Position numbers and translations under genes: made by a program. The notes under the pieces are model-generated. The model did no database searches and was not told the origin of the DNA. It saw only the letters and a program-made list of their open reading frames with translations. A stretch of 64,000 nt of DNA. Origin: a virus. Positions 48,565-59,304 of the stretch are shown here, one piece after another; the stretch's first letter is position 1, and each line of letters opens with the position of its first letter. The stretch spans positions 2,675 through 66,674 of the IMG/VR virus record IMGVR_UViG_3300028559_002342. One strand, 5' to 3'.

Positions 48565-51357
48565 ATGAGATATCCAAAATATCACGGACATTACCTTGGC
48601 ATGGTAGTACAGAACAATGATCCGGAAAAACGTGGTCGTGTCAAAGTTTTTGTCCCACATATAACTCCAACAGTTTATAAGAAATGGGTAGAAAATAATA
48701 AAGATAAAAATTTTAAATTTATTGGAAAAAATTTAACCAATGACATCACAGACATAACAGAGGATCTTAAGAAAATATTACCCTGGGCTGAGATATCATC
48801 ACCACTTGCAGGCGAAAACAGCAGCGGCAGATACAATGCCTTTAAGAATGTTGGCACAATAAGTGATTCCAGCAGTCTCAGCGGTGCAATAGATAATCCA
48901 AACAATAGCAACATAGATGTAGCAAAGATAAATTATTTTAGTCCTAACCTGGATAACATTGGTGAAAAACCTGGTAATTTATTTGATATATCTTATTACA
49001 AGCTCAAAGATGCTTTTAGTAATCCCAGCGAAACTAATGCTAATAACGCCAACAAATATAGCTACAATTATACTCCTGAATGCTACAGCAATTGTGCCAA
49101 GGGGTCCTTTCCAATTGTAAGTGTTGGTGCCCACGTGTGGGTCTTTTTTAACAACGGTAATCCTCTCAACCCTGTTGTGTTTGGTGCATCGTTTGGCACA
49201 GAAGATTGGAAGAGCATTGCCAGCATACCCACCACCAACGCACTGGAGCTTTCGGCATTGAATGCACCTGGTGTAGATTACCCAGGCACATATGAAAATA
49301 AGCCTTTACCCAATGCACAAGAGTATGACTACAATGTTGACATCTATAGAAACAAATATGTGATCAATCAAAAAGGTGGCACCATATCTTTCATCAATAC
49401 AGACAATAGAGAGGTGTTAAAAATGACTCATTACTCTGGGTCGTTCAAGGAATTTAATAACTTTGCCAACATTGAATTGGCCACTAATAATGATCAAAAA
49501 TTAGTTTTGAATGATCAATTTTTAACAGTTAAAGGCACCCGCAATGAATTTACACAGTTTGATTATGATTGCATCACACGTGGTGACAACTATAAAAAAA
49601 TAGGAAATTTAAATAGAGATTTAAATTTGCAATGGAGAGAGATAGCAAGAGAAATTGCAAATGTAAAACAATTGTTTGATATACAAAGAGCAGACAAGTA
49701 CACCTCGCAGAGTGGTATGTTATTAACATCACCCTTTCAATCCCGGGGAGGTGGCACACCAGGCAATTGCCCTGTATGCAACCAAGCAGTCAGTCAATAC
49801 TTCACAGTTAACAATTCATATAATGAAAACTTTTCAACTGTGTTATTTCCTTCTCTAGCTGATAGCAGTGGTGATTTTATTTTTGGCAAATCAATTACTC
49901 CTGATGGCATTGTGAGTAGCATTGATTTTCCAGGCAACATGGGCACCCCTCAATATGTTTCTCCCATTGACAATTTGGTTGGATCAGCTGATGGTTCTAC
50001 AGGCAGCAACAGACCAGGACAAATATTTGGTATATCTTGCCCTGCATGTGGTGGCACTGGACAGAGTCCCAGCTCACAAGGTGGCACATGGCCCAGAGAC
50101 CAAAGAAAAGCAACTTTAAATATTTTAATTAAGAGCAAGTTGAAGGATCTGCTGGAGATTGAGAAACAGCTTGGTGCTGGTGGCAGCGAGATAGTAGAAA
50201 TAACAAAACATAAAGTGGAGACCATTGGCACAGTGATGAATGACTTTGGTTCCATCAGAGTGGACATGAAGGGCAAGATGTATGTTTCAGATGTGCAAGT
50301 AGCAAAATATGGCGCATTCTATAACAGAACACCATCACCGTTGGTTGAGCTGGTGCATGTGGATGACCTGCCAGGAGGCAATTATACTATGAACGTTTGC
50401 AACAGATACAATGTGATGGTGGGTGCCGGTGGGTTGAATCTCAAGTCCTATGGACCTGTTAATATCAGCGGATCCTTAACAAATGTGGCAGGTGCACAGG
50501 TGAACATTTCAAGTGAGCTGGAAACAAACATTGATGGAGGCAAGAGACTCTCCCTGGTAGGTGACATTGTTAGTATCAGACAGCGCAACAAAGAACAGGT
50601 AGTAATAGAAGGCTCACTGGGTGTAACAAACAATTTAATTGTTGCTGGTGGCCTGCACGTTGAGGGTGAATTCACAGCCAATCATATCACCATGCCCACA
50701 GAAGTGCAGGCCACAGAACAAACACATTCCTTTGCAGCTGCAGCTACTGATGAGAGTAACATGAACGGTAAGATCATAGGGTTTGGTGTGCCAATGTCAA
50801 ACTTTGCATCAGTAAAAAACCCCAAGGACAGATCTTATCAAGAAGGCAGTCCCAACACCACTGGTGCTCCTTATCTAGGCTTTACAGATTATAATGAGAA
50901 ATGCGGTAGATTGAAGAAAGATGAAGTTATAGGCTACATAACTGGCACAATAGGCTGGATACCTCATCCAATTACACCAAATGCGTTCATACCAGTAACA
51001 GCAGGAACTTTGCCTGGTACCCTGGGGTTTGTTGAAGTAAGAGCTGCAAACATTGTTACTGCTGCAGGTGGCACCAGTGATGTACCTGTATTTGGTTCAG
51101 GCCCAGGAAGCGCTCTCAATGTTAAGGGATGTGTCAAGGGAGCCGATACCGGCAGTGGTGGTGTTGATGCCATGCAGATGCCCATAGTTGTATATGGCAC
51201 AGGCAGAGACAGAGACAGCATATATGTTGAGAAACATTCCCACATGTTCAAGGGATTGCCTTCATCTTTGACTGAAACCAATTCAAAGACAAGAGAAAAA
51301 ATTTCTGGCAAACTATCACCAGTTAATGCCGAACCAGTATCAAACTACAAGAAGTAA
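48565..51357 (+). CDS. 5: gp5-like baseplate hub/spike protein
   Basis: N-terminal OB fold GMVVQNNDPEKRGRVKV, LPWA, G.HVWVFF.NG..P; H.SGS; beta-helix repeats; terminal HSH. Confidence 0.75.
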   Translation: MRYPKYHGHYLGMVVQNNDPEKRGRVKVFVPHITPTVYKKWVENNKDKNFKFIGKNLTNDITDITEDLKKILPWAEISSPLAGENSSGRYNAFKNVGTISDSSSLSGAIDNPNNSNIDVAKINYFSPNLDNIGEKPGNLFDISYYKLKDAFSNPSETNANNANKYSYNYTPECYSNCAKGSFPIVSVGAHVWVFFNNGNPLNPVVFGASFGTEDWKSIASIPTTNALELSALNAPGVDYPGTYENKPLPNAQEYDYNVDIYRNKYVINQKGGTISFINTDNREVLKMTHYSGSFKEFNNFANIELATNNDQKLVLNDQFLTVKGTRNEFTQFDYDCITRGDNYKKIGNLNRDLNLQWREIAREIANVKQLFDIQRADKYTSQSGMLLTSPFQSRGGGTPGNCPVCNQAVSQYFTVNNSYNENFSTVLFPSLADSSGDFIFGKSITPDGIVSSIDFPGNMGTPQYVSPIDNLVGSADGSTGSNRPGQIFGISCPACGGTGQSPSSQGGTWPRDQRKATLNILIKSKLKDLLEIEKQLGAGGSEIVEITKHKVETIGTVMNDFGSIRVDMKGKMYVSDVQVAKYGAFYNRTPSPLVELVHVDDLPGGNYTMNVCNRYNVMVGAGGLNLKSYGPVNISGSLTNVAGAQVNISSELETNIDGGKRLSLVGDIVSIRQRNKEQVVIEGSLGVTNNLIVAGGLHVEGEFTANHITMPTEVQATEQTHSFAAAATDESNMNGKIIGFGVPMSNFASVKNPKDRSYQEGSPNTTGAPYLGFTDYNEKCGRLKKDEVIGYITGTIGWIPHPITPNAFIPVTAGTLPGTLGFVEVRAANIVTAAGGTSDVPVFGSGPGSALNVKGCVKGADTGSGGVDAMQMPIVVYGTGRDRDSIYVEKHSHMFKGLPSSLTETNSKTREKISGKLSPVNAEPVSNYKK

Positions 51358-51361
51358 CCGG

Positions 51362-51562
51362 TTAATTTTTATTATCTTTTATCCAGTCGCTTCTGTGATT
51401 AGTAACCCAGTCCATCAACGCTCGCTCAAACCCCACATCAGATCCTTGTTTCTCTGACATGCACCATTTGTTTTTCAATATCTCCTCACGCTCTTCACTG
51501 AAGCGTTTGTAAAGAGCGGTACTATCTACTGTAAGATGTGCCGATGACAATGAAGCCATCAT
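51362..51562 (-). CDS. DUF4032-like small protein
   Basis: EREEILKNKW..SEK.G.DVGFE.AL.DW pattern. Confidence 0.65.
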   Translation of the reverse strand: MMASLSSAHLTVDSTALYKRFSEEREEILKNKWCMSEKQGSDVGFERALMDWVTNHRSDWIKDNKN

Positions 51563-51575
51563 GTGTATATTTAAT

Positions 51576-51797
51576 TTATTCTTGAAGTTTCTTCTTGAGA
51601 CCATCAAAAATAGTTTGATTTGTTTCAATGGCTTGTGGCTTGAGCACATCCAATATCTTGCACACCACATCTATGTGAAGCATTTTTATGTAATCCATAT
51701 GCACTGTGCCAAATGTGGATAGAAACCTATCTGCAATAAAATATAATATTGCATGCTCATCTTCTGTTAGACTATCTATGGTGCTTTGATATATCAT
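51576..51797 (-). CDS. Hypothetical protein
   Basis: ORF coupled to nrdB. Confidence 0.55.
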   Translation of the reverse strand: MIYQSTIDSLTEDEHAILYFIADRFLSTFGTVHMDYIKMLHIDVVCKILDVLKPQAIETNQTIFDGLKKKLQE

Positions 51798-52858
51798 AGC
51801 TCCACATCAGCAAAAACATTTTCAGAAATACTTGTGTCGCGAGCGCCAATCTTATATGCACCTATTTCTGTTTCTTGTGGAGCCACCTGCACCTTGCTGC
51901 TATCCAAATAACTGTTGAGCCAACCAGAGATAGGATTTTCCTTTTGATTAAAAATCTTCTTATAACCAAGCGACCGCAATCTGGTATCACAAAGCCATTT
52001 GGAGTATCCACCAAGAACATCTGCATTGAGACCTAGCAAGCTGCCTTTGCTGAACAAGTATTGTGCCCACTCCATTTCACTCTTAGCAGCATTTTCATAA
52101 ACTTCATAAATTCTGTCTTCACTCTTTTTTACAACAGATGTGAAACCTTCCTTGTCTTCTTCTTTTAATATCCTTATAAGATTTTGTGTTGTTGCAAAAT
52201 GCAGTGCTTCATCTCTTTGAATAAATTTTATAATCTTGGCATTACCCTCCATCTTGCCTCTGTAACCAAAATAAAATGAACAAGCGAAGCTCACATAAAA
52301 CACAAGGCCTTCCATGCAATTGATGGCAAGAATACAATTGAAAATGCTCTCTTTGGAGTTTCTATCTTTACTGGAGTTAAGAATTTTATCAAAATTTTCA
52401 CGTATGAGTGATGCGCGATTTACAATCTCTTTATCTTCCATGATGCTGTCAAAGAAAGCTGATGCATCTGGATGAACATTGTTGAGCAGATAGGAGTAGC
52501 TGTAGCTATGAATGCCTTCAAATCTCTGCCATGTGTTCATGCATATTTCCAATTCAGGGTTTGATACATGATCTTTTAGAGAATGGATTGATCTGGACAG
52601 CATGCTGTCTCCCAAAGTTTGAAATTTTAGATTAGTATCAAAAACAAAACGCTCCTCTTTTGTTAATTCCTTATAATCACCACGATCCTTTTGCAGACTT
52701 ATTTCATGAGGCCACCAGAAGAACTCTTCCTGCTTTTTAAACAGTTCAAAGAATACAGGGTACTTGAATTTGTCGTAACGCTGTAAATTGAGATCTTCAC
52801 CAAAAAACAATGGTTGTTTGGTATAATCTACATTCCTTAAATTGAGTACACTCTTCAT
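51794..52858 (-). CDS. nrdB: Ribonucleotide reductase class Ia, beta subunit
   Basis: FWWPHE, EGIHSYSY, EGLVFYVSF, RDEALH and VAPQETE motifs. Confidence 0.96.
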   Translation of the reverse strand: MKSVLNLRNVDYTKQPLFFGEDLNLQRYDKFKYPVFFELFKKQEEFFWWPHEISLQKDRGDYKELTKEERFVFDTNLKFQTLGDSMLSRSIHSLKDHVSNPELEICMNTWQRFEGIHSYSYSYLLNNVHPDASAFFDSIMEDKEIVNRASLIRENFDKILNSSKDRNSKESIFNCILAINCMEGLVFYVSFACSFYFGYRGKMEGNAKIIKFIQRDEALHFATTQNLIRILKEEDKEGFTSVVKKSEDRIYEVYENAAKSEMEWAQYLFSKGSLLGLNADVLGGYSKWLCDTRLRSLGYKKIFNQKENPISGWLNSYLDSSKVQVAPQETEIGAYKIGARDTSISENVFADVEL

Positions 52859-52875
52859 GACAATCTATTATATAC

Positions 52876-55134
52876 TTATAGTTTGCAAGCTCCACTTGCA
52901 CAATCTGATTCTTTGTTCATGGACTGCTCTCTGTCACCATCATCTGTGTTGTTGTAATACAAGGAAATAAGCCCTATGCTGTATGCATACATGATCTCCT
53001 TCATGACCTTGCTATCAGGCAACACGTTATTGGCATAATGCGCATAATTGTAATATATGTTGGTTGAAATTGCCATGTCCAAGTACTTCTGGATGACAGC
53101 ATTTATGTTGATGATATCTGTGTTATTCTCAAAAGAGAAAGCAAGTTGGTAGTAAGATTCAAATTTGCCTATGCCTGGCACCAACACAGGCAGCTTGCCC
53201 ATCTTAGAGGCTTTGTATGTTATCAATGATCTGACTGGTTCAATGCCATTAGTAGAGCACTGAATGACAGAACTAGATTCACAAGGCATAACACATGACA
53301 GAGTCGAATGTCTCAATCCATGCTCTTTGATCTCTTTTCTCAATGCTTCCCAATCCAGGGAAAGCTTTCTTTTAACAATGTCATCAACTTTTTTCTTGTA
53401 TGTGTCTATGGGCAATATGCCCTGAGCATATTTTGTATTATTGAACTTCTCGCAACGACCTTTTTCTTTGGAGAGAGTCAAACTGGATTTGAGTAGATAG
53501 TATTGAAAATGTTCCATCCATTCATCAACAAGAGATAAAGCTGACTTGTCAGAATATTTCTTTTCATTTCTGGCTAAAAATGCAGCGAAATTAGTAATGC
53601 CTATTCCTAAGCTTCTGCGTTTTTTGGTAAAATTAGCTGCAGCTTTATTGAAATACGTTTGAACATCAATAATTTCCTCCAAGAATCTAACAACCAAGTC
53701 ACATGTCTTCTCAAGATCCTTCCAATCTTTGATCTCCAGCATGTTGATGGCAGACAAGATGCACATGCCTATTTCAGCTTCAGGATCATTATAATCATTG
53801 AGAGGTATGGTGGGGTGAATAACTTCTGTGCACAAGTTGCTCATGGTCACCTTGTCTGACCATGCACCATGTTCATTTGCTGTATCCACATTAAGAATAT
53901 AAATTCTACCTGTCTCAACACGTTCTTTGACTATCAATCCAAACAATTTTCGTGCTGATATTTTTTTCTTTAGCTTTATTTTTTTGCTCTCTTCATGCTC
54001 TCTATACACCTTGTCAAACTTGGGTGTGCCCCAAGCTTCCCATAGTTCAGGCACTTCATGAGGAGAGAACAGAGTGATCTGTTCATCCTTCAATACTCTG
54101 TCATAAAACATCTTGGACATGCCCACTGTATAATCAAGTTTTCTCACTCTATTATCATCAGTCCCTGCGTTGTTCTTGAGAACAACAATATCCTCTATCT
54201 CATAATGCCACCACTGAATGTTAGTAGTGGCTGAACCACCCCTCAATCCATTCTGCTGCCATGCTTTGACTGAGGCTTCAAAAATCTTTAAAAACGGAAT
54301 AACACCTGTGTGCACAACTTCACCATTGTTGACTGGTGCACCAATGGCTCTTATCTTGGAGACATCAATGCCAATTCCACATCTACTGGCAGTGGCAATG
54401 GAGACAGCTGTGCCAGATGCTGTGATTGATTCTTTGTTGTCCTCCACACCTATCAAGCAGCAGCTTGCATAACTTTTCGAATTGGTACGCACACCTGCCA
54501 TGATGGGGGTGGGCAAGTTAATCTTGTGCCTGGATATGGCATTATAAAATCTTTGCACATATTCCAGTCTTGTTTCTTTGGGGTAATTTATAAAAGCATA
54601 TGCAGCAATGAGAATATAAGCAAACTGGGGTGTTTCATAAATTACATCTGTGACCCGGTTCTTAACCAGATACTTGTCACACAGCTGCTTGATACCAGCA
54701 TATGTAAACAGAAAGTCGCGGTCATGATCAATAAATTCGCCAATCTTGTTTATTTCATCTTTTGTGTATCTCTCTAAAATTGCCTTGTCATAAATTTCTT
54801 TTCTTAGCCCAGTATAGATCACGTCAATTAGTCTTGGTGCATGCTTGCCACCCCACACATCTTTTCGTAACTGATAATTAAGAAGTCGACCAGCCACAAA
54901 TTGATAATTTGGCTTTTCAAGAGAAATTAAGTTTGCAGCTGATTCAATTAATACTTGATGAATGTCACATGTGGAGATGTTTTCAACAATGTTCAGTTTG
55001 GCATTGATCTCCACTTCAGATAAACTAACACCAGATATGCCTTCTGTGGCCCACAGAATGACCTTATTAATTTTTTCAATATTAAATTTTTCTAATACAC
55101 CATCTCTTTTTTTGACATAGGTTTGTGAACTCAT
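52876..55134 (-). CDS. nrdA: Ribonucleotide reductase class Ia, alpha subunit
   Basis: ATP cone VKKRDG, PTPIMAG, ASCCL, SNLCTE and C-terminal CASGACKL. Confidence 0.97.
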   Translation of the reverse strand: MSSQTYVKKRDGVLEKFNIEKINKVILWATEGISGVSLSEVEINAKLNIVENISTCDIHQVLIESAANLISLEKPNYQFVAGRLLNYQLRKDVWGGKHAPRLIDVIYTGLRKEIYDKAILERYTKDEINKIGEFIDHDRDFLFTYAGIKQLCDKYLVKNRVTDVIYETPQFAYILIAAYAFINYPKETRLEYVQRFYNAISRHKINLPTPIMAGVRTNSKSYASCCLIGVEDNKESITASGTAVSIATASRCGIGIDVSKIRAIGAPVNNGEVVHTGVIPFLKIFEASVKAWQQNGLRGGSATTNIQWWHYEIEDIVVLKNNAGTDDNRVRKLDYTVGMSKMFYDRVLKDEQITLFSPHEVPELWEAWGTPKFDKVYREHEESKKIKLKKKISARKLFGLIVKERVETGRIYILNVDTANEHGAWSDKVTMSNLCTEVIHPTIPLNDYNDPEAEIGMCILSAINMLEIKDWKDLEKTCDLVVRFLEEIIDVQTYFNKAAANFTKKRRSLGIGITNFAAFLARNEKKYSDKSALSLVDEWMEHFQYYLLKSSLTLSKEKGRCEKFNNTKYAQGILPIDTYKKKVDDIVKRKLSLDWEALRKEIKEHGLRHSTLSCVMPCESSSVIQCSTNGIEPVRSLITYKASKMGKLPVLVPGIGKFESYYQLAFSFENNTDIININAVIQKYLDMAISTNIYYNYAHYANNVLPDSKVMKEIMYAYSIGLISLYYNNTDDGDREQSMNKESDCASGACKL

Positions 55135-55177
55135 GAGTATTTTTACTTAGTACAATAACGCAACATACAGAAAGTAT

Positions 55178-55765
55178 TTATTTGTTTTTATCGTTGCTGT
55201 AGTTAGTTAGTGCTGATTTAATAAATTTTTTTGTTGTTGTATTTTGTATATTTTTATTGCTCAAAACATAAATAGAAAAATATCCATACGATTGAAAGCC
55301 ACTTTCAGTATTGAGAACCTTTGAATAAAGATCATCCATGTTTATTTTTGAATCAGTCAAATTGTTCAAATATTCACCATTGATTGGATAGATGCCCCGG
55401 TTTAAAAAAGCATAACAATCATCACACTTCAGGTTGTATTTGGTCAGAAGGTTATCATAAAAATTCTTAGTTAACTTGATGCTATGGTCTGTGCCCAGGT
55501 CATCCAATTGCTTCAACAGGGGTAAGTATTTATTTTTAAATGCAATCCTTATGCCTTTAAAAAATTTAGGCTCCAACGGCTCATTGGGAACAAAATGAAT
55601 GACACTAATTGGATTGAAGTTTTTATTTATGACCAGTCTTTTTTGATCATACAGATTTTTAATCTGAAATCCCAGCATGCACAAGGGGTAATCTGTATCA
55701 GAGAGATAAGAGAACTCTTCTACATCGAGCGGTTGCTCACAGAGATTCACATCTAATAATGCCAT
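55178..55765 (-). CDS. Hypothetical protein
   Basis: 195-aa ORF; TATAAT-N6-ATG. Confidence 0.6.
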   Translation of the reverse strand: MALLDVNLCEQPLDVEEFSYLSDTDYPLCMLGFQIKNLYDQKRLVINKNFNPISVIHFVPNEPLEPKFFKGIRIAFKNKYLPLLKQLDDLGTDHSIKLTKNFYDNLLTKYNLKCDDCYAFLNRGIYPINGEYLNNLTDSKINMDDLYSKVLNTESGFQSYGYFSIYVLSNKNIQNTTTKKFIKSALTNYSNDKNK

Positions 55766-55804
55766 AGGCGTATTATATGAACAAATATTTGTAGATCAAC
55801 ACTA

Positions 55805-56215
55805 TTAATGAACTCGCTTCAAAAAATCTGTGATTAGAACCACCAAAAACGATGTTATGGAAGCAAGTACTGCTGTGGTCAGAGCAATTCTAAAATTCCA
55901 CATGTTAGTTGACTCTGATCTTTTGCGACCAAATTCACTTGTTATTTGCACTGTAATGCTGTTGAATTTTTCTGTTACCACATCTGTAATATTTTTAAAC
56001 TTGAGCTCTATCTCTCTCTCCAATCCATCGATCTTCTCATCCACATGCTGCAAGCATGTTTCCACATGTTCTGAGTGCGCTTTAAGTTTGCCAGTGAGCT
56101 CTGATAATTGTGTTGTAATTGCTGGTTTGCCGTTGCCCTGAAAAACAACCTTGTAAACCTCTTTTACCTCATCCTGAAGCTTTTTTACATTTAATATGGG
56201 GCTGTTTTTCTTCAT
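55805..56215 (-). CDS. Coiled-coil protein with a C-terminal TM helix (possible holin-like)
   Basis: GNGKP motif, coiled coil, then hydrophobic IALTTAVLASITSFLVVLI. Confidence 0.5.
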   Translation of the reverse strand: MKKNSPILNVKKLQDEVKEVYKVVFQGNGKPAITTQLSELTGKLKAHSEHVETCLQHVDEKIDGLEREIELKFKNITDVVTEKFNSITVQITSEFGRKRSESTNMWNFRIALTTAVLASITSFLVVLITDFLKRVH

Positions 56216-56216
56216 A

Positions 56217-56450
56217 TTACTTGATTTGAAATGAGTAAGACAATATGCCTTTGGGCAGGCTGTACACTTTGCCTCTCACATTGCCATTGGCTTCCTTGGT
56301 GACAATTGTCATTCTGTCTTGTGTAACTATGGGGCCATTGATGATCTCTGCAGTGCCCAGATTGAGACTGTAGGTCTTGATGCCCTTCATGACATCAAAT
56401 ACATTTATTGTATTTTTACCTGCAAGTACTGCAGAATATAACTTGTTCAC
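56217..56450 (-). CDS. Small beta-rich hypothetical protein
   Basis: 77-aa ORF tightly packed with its neighbour. Confidence 0.5.
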   Translation of the reverse strand: MNKLYSAVLAGKNTINVFDVMKGIKTYSLNLGTAEIINGPIVTQDRMTIVTKEANGNVRGKVYSLPKGILSYSFQIK

Positions 56451-56500
56451 AATAAGTACTTATTGTTGTTAAATCACTAATTTTAATAAATATATAAAAT

Positions 56501-57967
56501 ATGGCCGACATAGTATCAAAAATCTTAGTCCGACAAGGAACAGATGTTCAAAGAAGAACAGCTAATTCTGGTGGTATCATATTCAGTTCTGGTGAGCCTG
56601 CATACTGCACAGATACAAGGAGATTGTTTATTGGTGACGGGACTACTAAAGGCGGCACTGTAGTGGGCAGCAGAAACTTGGGCATAGTCAGTGCATTATT
56701 TGGATCATCGACAAACGGGTTCACTAGTGAAGCTATTGCACTGTTCAATGCACAGGGTGCATCAGTTGGTGACTTTTTGTATGACAAAGCCACAAGAAAC
56801 ATATATTCACTTTCTGCTGTGACAGCTTTTCCTCCTCTATCCACCAATCTGGCAAAGTATGATTCTGTGGTTGTCATCAACACAGATCAATTCCAATTGA
56901 TCAACAACTCAGTATTGACAATAAAGAGTGGTGGTGTAAGAAAGGAACAGCTGTTTTTTGATGTGGTTGATGGTGTATCACTAGAAAAAACAGCATTCAA
57001 TCAGCCCATCCGCATCAAGACAGGCGGGGTGCAAAATTATCATTTTTCCAACCCCCCTGCTTTCACTGTGAAGGGTAATAGCCAGAGTACTGATGCAGCA
57101 TTGAATGACATCTTTGTATATGAGAATCATTTGGTAGGTAGGACATCACTATCAACTTTAACATCCATTCCATTCTCCACAGTGGTGGGTGGTGGCTTGA
57201 ACAGTGACAATGGTGTAGATATTAATGGCAATTCTGTTTCTCTGGATTTAACCTATTTTAGAATTACTCCTGACCCGATCAGAAGACTTACTTTTGTTTC
57301 TGCTACTTCTGCTCACAGTGATTTCAGTATAAATGGCACTACAACTACAAAAGCAATTACCATCAATGGCAACACAACCATGAACACTGGTGCTCTTGTG
57401 AACAATGGTACAACAAATCTCATTGGTGCTGCAAATGCAGGAGTGCTTCGAGTCAACACAAATCTGGTTGTGTCAACAATTTTAGCGGACAACATGGTCA
57501 CCATAAAAGCACCTGCACGCGTGGAGGGCAACCTTGAGGTGAATAGCACATCCACAAACTCAATCACTGGCAACATTAATGTGACAGGAGGCATAAGTAC
57601 CACTGCAAACAGCAGTGTCGGTGGCACACTCACTGTGACAGGAGATGTTGTAGCATTCTATACTTCCTCAGATCTCAGATTAAAAGAAGATTTGAATGTA
57701 TTGCAAGACCCTCTGGATAAAATCGGCAGTCTTGTTGGATACGAATTCACATTCAACTCCAATTCTCCTGCACATTTAAAAGGCAAGAAAAATTATGGGC
57801 TCATTGCACAAGATGTGGAGCGAGTGCTGCCTCTGTCTGTTGAACACAGAGCAGATGGCTATATGGGTGTAAATTATGAATCTGTCATACCATTGCTTGT
57901 GGAGTCTATCAAGGCACTGCAAACCAAAGTGAATAATCTACAGGATGAAATACGAAAAACTAGTTAA
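56501..57967 (+). CDS. Tail fibre with C-terminal intramolecular chaperone (peptidase S74)
   Basis: N-terminal GEPAYCTDTRRLFIGDG; TSSDLRLKE autocleavage motif, GLIAQDVE and VNYE..IPLLVESIK. Confidence 0.88.
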   Translation: MADIVSKILVRQGTDVQRRTANSGGIIFSSGEPAYCTDTRRLFIGDGTTKGGTVVGSRNLGIVSALFGSSTNGFTSEAIALFNAQGASVGDFLYDKATRNIYSLSAVTAFPPLSTNLAKYDSVVVINTDQFQLINNSVLTIKSGGVRKEQLFFDVVDGVSLEKTAFNQPIRIKTGGVQNYHFSNPPAFTVKGNSQSTDAALNDIFVYENHLVGRTSLSTLTSIPFSTVVGGGLNSDNGVDINGNSVSLDLTYFRITPDPIRRLTFVSATSAHSDFSINGTTTTKAITINGNTTMNTGALVNNGTTNLIGAANAGVLRVNTNLVVSTILADNMVTIKAPARVEGNLEVNSTSTNSITGNINVTGGISTTANSSVGGTLTVTGDVVAFYTSSDLRLKEDLNVLQDPLDKIGSLVGYEFTFNSNSPAHLKGKKNYGLIAQDVERVLPLSVEHRADGYMGVNYESVIPLLVESIKALQTKVNNLQDEIRKTS

Positions 57968-58136
57968 GTCTTTACTGGAAGATTTTAATGTATTTCCTGG
58001 CACTCAGACAGCTGTAAATTCAGGACCAGACATGGGAATGACATCTGGTGATATACAGAACACATTTCCAAGTAAAATGAGCACAGTAAAAATTAAATTA
58101 CCAAAAAAGAAGATTAAGAAGTCAAAAAAAGATTAA
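57945..58136 (+). CDS. Small protein, possibly virion-internal
   Basis: Leader MKYEKLVKSLLE; Lys-rich tail. Confidence 0.5.
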   Translation: MKYEKLVKSLLEDFNVFPGTQTAVNSGPDMGMTSGDIQNTFPSKMSTVKIKLPKKKIKKSKKD

Positions 58137-58686
58137 TTACACTCTTCACACGCTTGCCCACCTGGGTTGCCCATTTGCTGTTTTGCAATTCTTTTGCTGC
58201 AGCTTTATAATCTTTGGCAAGGATAAAATCTTTTGTTTTAATAAATTTGCTTAATCTGGCATATCCCATGTTGAAAGAAAGATCCAGCACTGCCAGCTTC
58301 ATGTTCTTGGGCAGCGAATCAAAATTGGGCAACCATTGCTTTGCATCTTTGTATGCAATGTTAATTGTAATTTTAAATATCTCTCTTATCTGGTCGTCTG
58401 TGAGGTCAATGACACCTGCCTTGGCATCATTATAATTAACACCCACCTGCTGCAGAATATTCTTTGCATCAGGTCTCATCAAGTTCAATCCAATGCCTAT
58501 GGTGGGTATGCCCAAACTATCTTTGTACACATGTGGCTTATAGCCTTCATGTTCTTTGACAAAATTGAAGATGTCGTCAAAAGTGAGCTTGGTATCTGTT
58601 GCCCTTTGCATTATGGCAGGTGGTGGCAGTGGAGGTGCATCTGCAACTGCTTCCATGAGTTCTTCAACAAGCTTATTAAATTTCAC
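58114..58686 (-). CDS. T4-type lysozyme (GH24) with an N-terminal leader
   Basis: HEG....YKDSLGIPTIGIG catalytic E-D-T arrangement, FNMG and SKWATQV..R. Confidence 0.92.
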   Translation of the reverse strand: MKFNKLVEELMEAVADAPPLPPPAIMQRATDTKLTFDDIFNFVKEHEGYKPHVYKDSLGIPTIGIGLNLMRPDAKNILQQVGVNYNDAKAGVIDLTDDQIREIFKITINIAYKDAKQWLPNFDSLPKNMKLAVLDLSFNMGYARLSKFIKTKDFILAKDYKAAAKELQNSKWATQVGKRVKSVINLFLTS

Positions 58687-58694
58687 CTAATTAT

Positions 58695-59255
58695 TTAATT
58701 TAAAACAGCCACCTTTACAATTTTAGGATTATTATTTGCAAAGATCAATGCATCTCTTTTGTTGGTAAAAAACACATCAATCACAGGTAGCTTGCCACAG
58801 GATGCTGTCCTCTGTTTAACTGCAGTACCTGTGTCAACAGCCCTGACCAAGCCTATGTTGGGTATGATCACATCTGACTTGTAAGGTATGATTCTGGGGT
58901 CTACGGCTATGGAATCACCTTGTTTGAGAGTATAACCAGTGGAGCTCCTGAGTCTGCTACTGTCACTGTCAGTGTCTCCACCTTTGGCCCAATACACTGT
59001 GAGACGCACAGTCAGTACTCTGTAGTTGTTTGTTTTAGGAATCAAATTGTCCATGTACTGTATACCATCATTCTTGATGGTAATATTTTTTGCCACTTCT
59101 TTCTCTCTGCTAAATGTCAACCCGTTAAGATCTTTCTTCAGTTCGTTCAATCCAATCCTAGTCTTCTCTTTGAATGATGTGATGCTAATGGGGGTAGCTA
59201 TGAAAAGCACCATCAACATTAATATTAGCTTGTTTGTTTTTGTTTTTGTTATCAT
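58695..59255 (-). CDS. Membrane-anchored 3D-domain (MltA-like) peptidoglycan-active protein
   Basis: N-terminal hydrophobic helix; IAVDPRIIP, AVDTG and IDVF motifs. Confidence 0.8.
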   Translation of the reverse strand: MITKTKTNKLILMLMVLFIATPISITSFKEKTRIGLNELKKDLNGLTFSREKEVAKNITIKNDGIQYMDNLIPKTNNYRVLTVRLTVYWAKGGDTDSDSSRLRSSTGYTLKQGDSIAVDPRIIPYKSDVIIPNIGLVRAVDTGTAVKQRTASCGKLPVIDVFFTNKRDALIFANNNPKIVKVAVLN

Positions 59256-59304
59256 AAAAAGTGCCAAATATGGCAGAGCATTTAACCGGTAACTTAAATG
59301 TTTA

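Noticed and set aside
51794-55134. Introns or inteins in nrdA/nrdB
   Set aside because: Both ORFs are continuous and of normal length.
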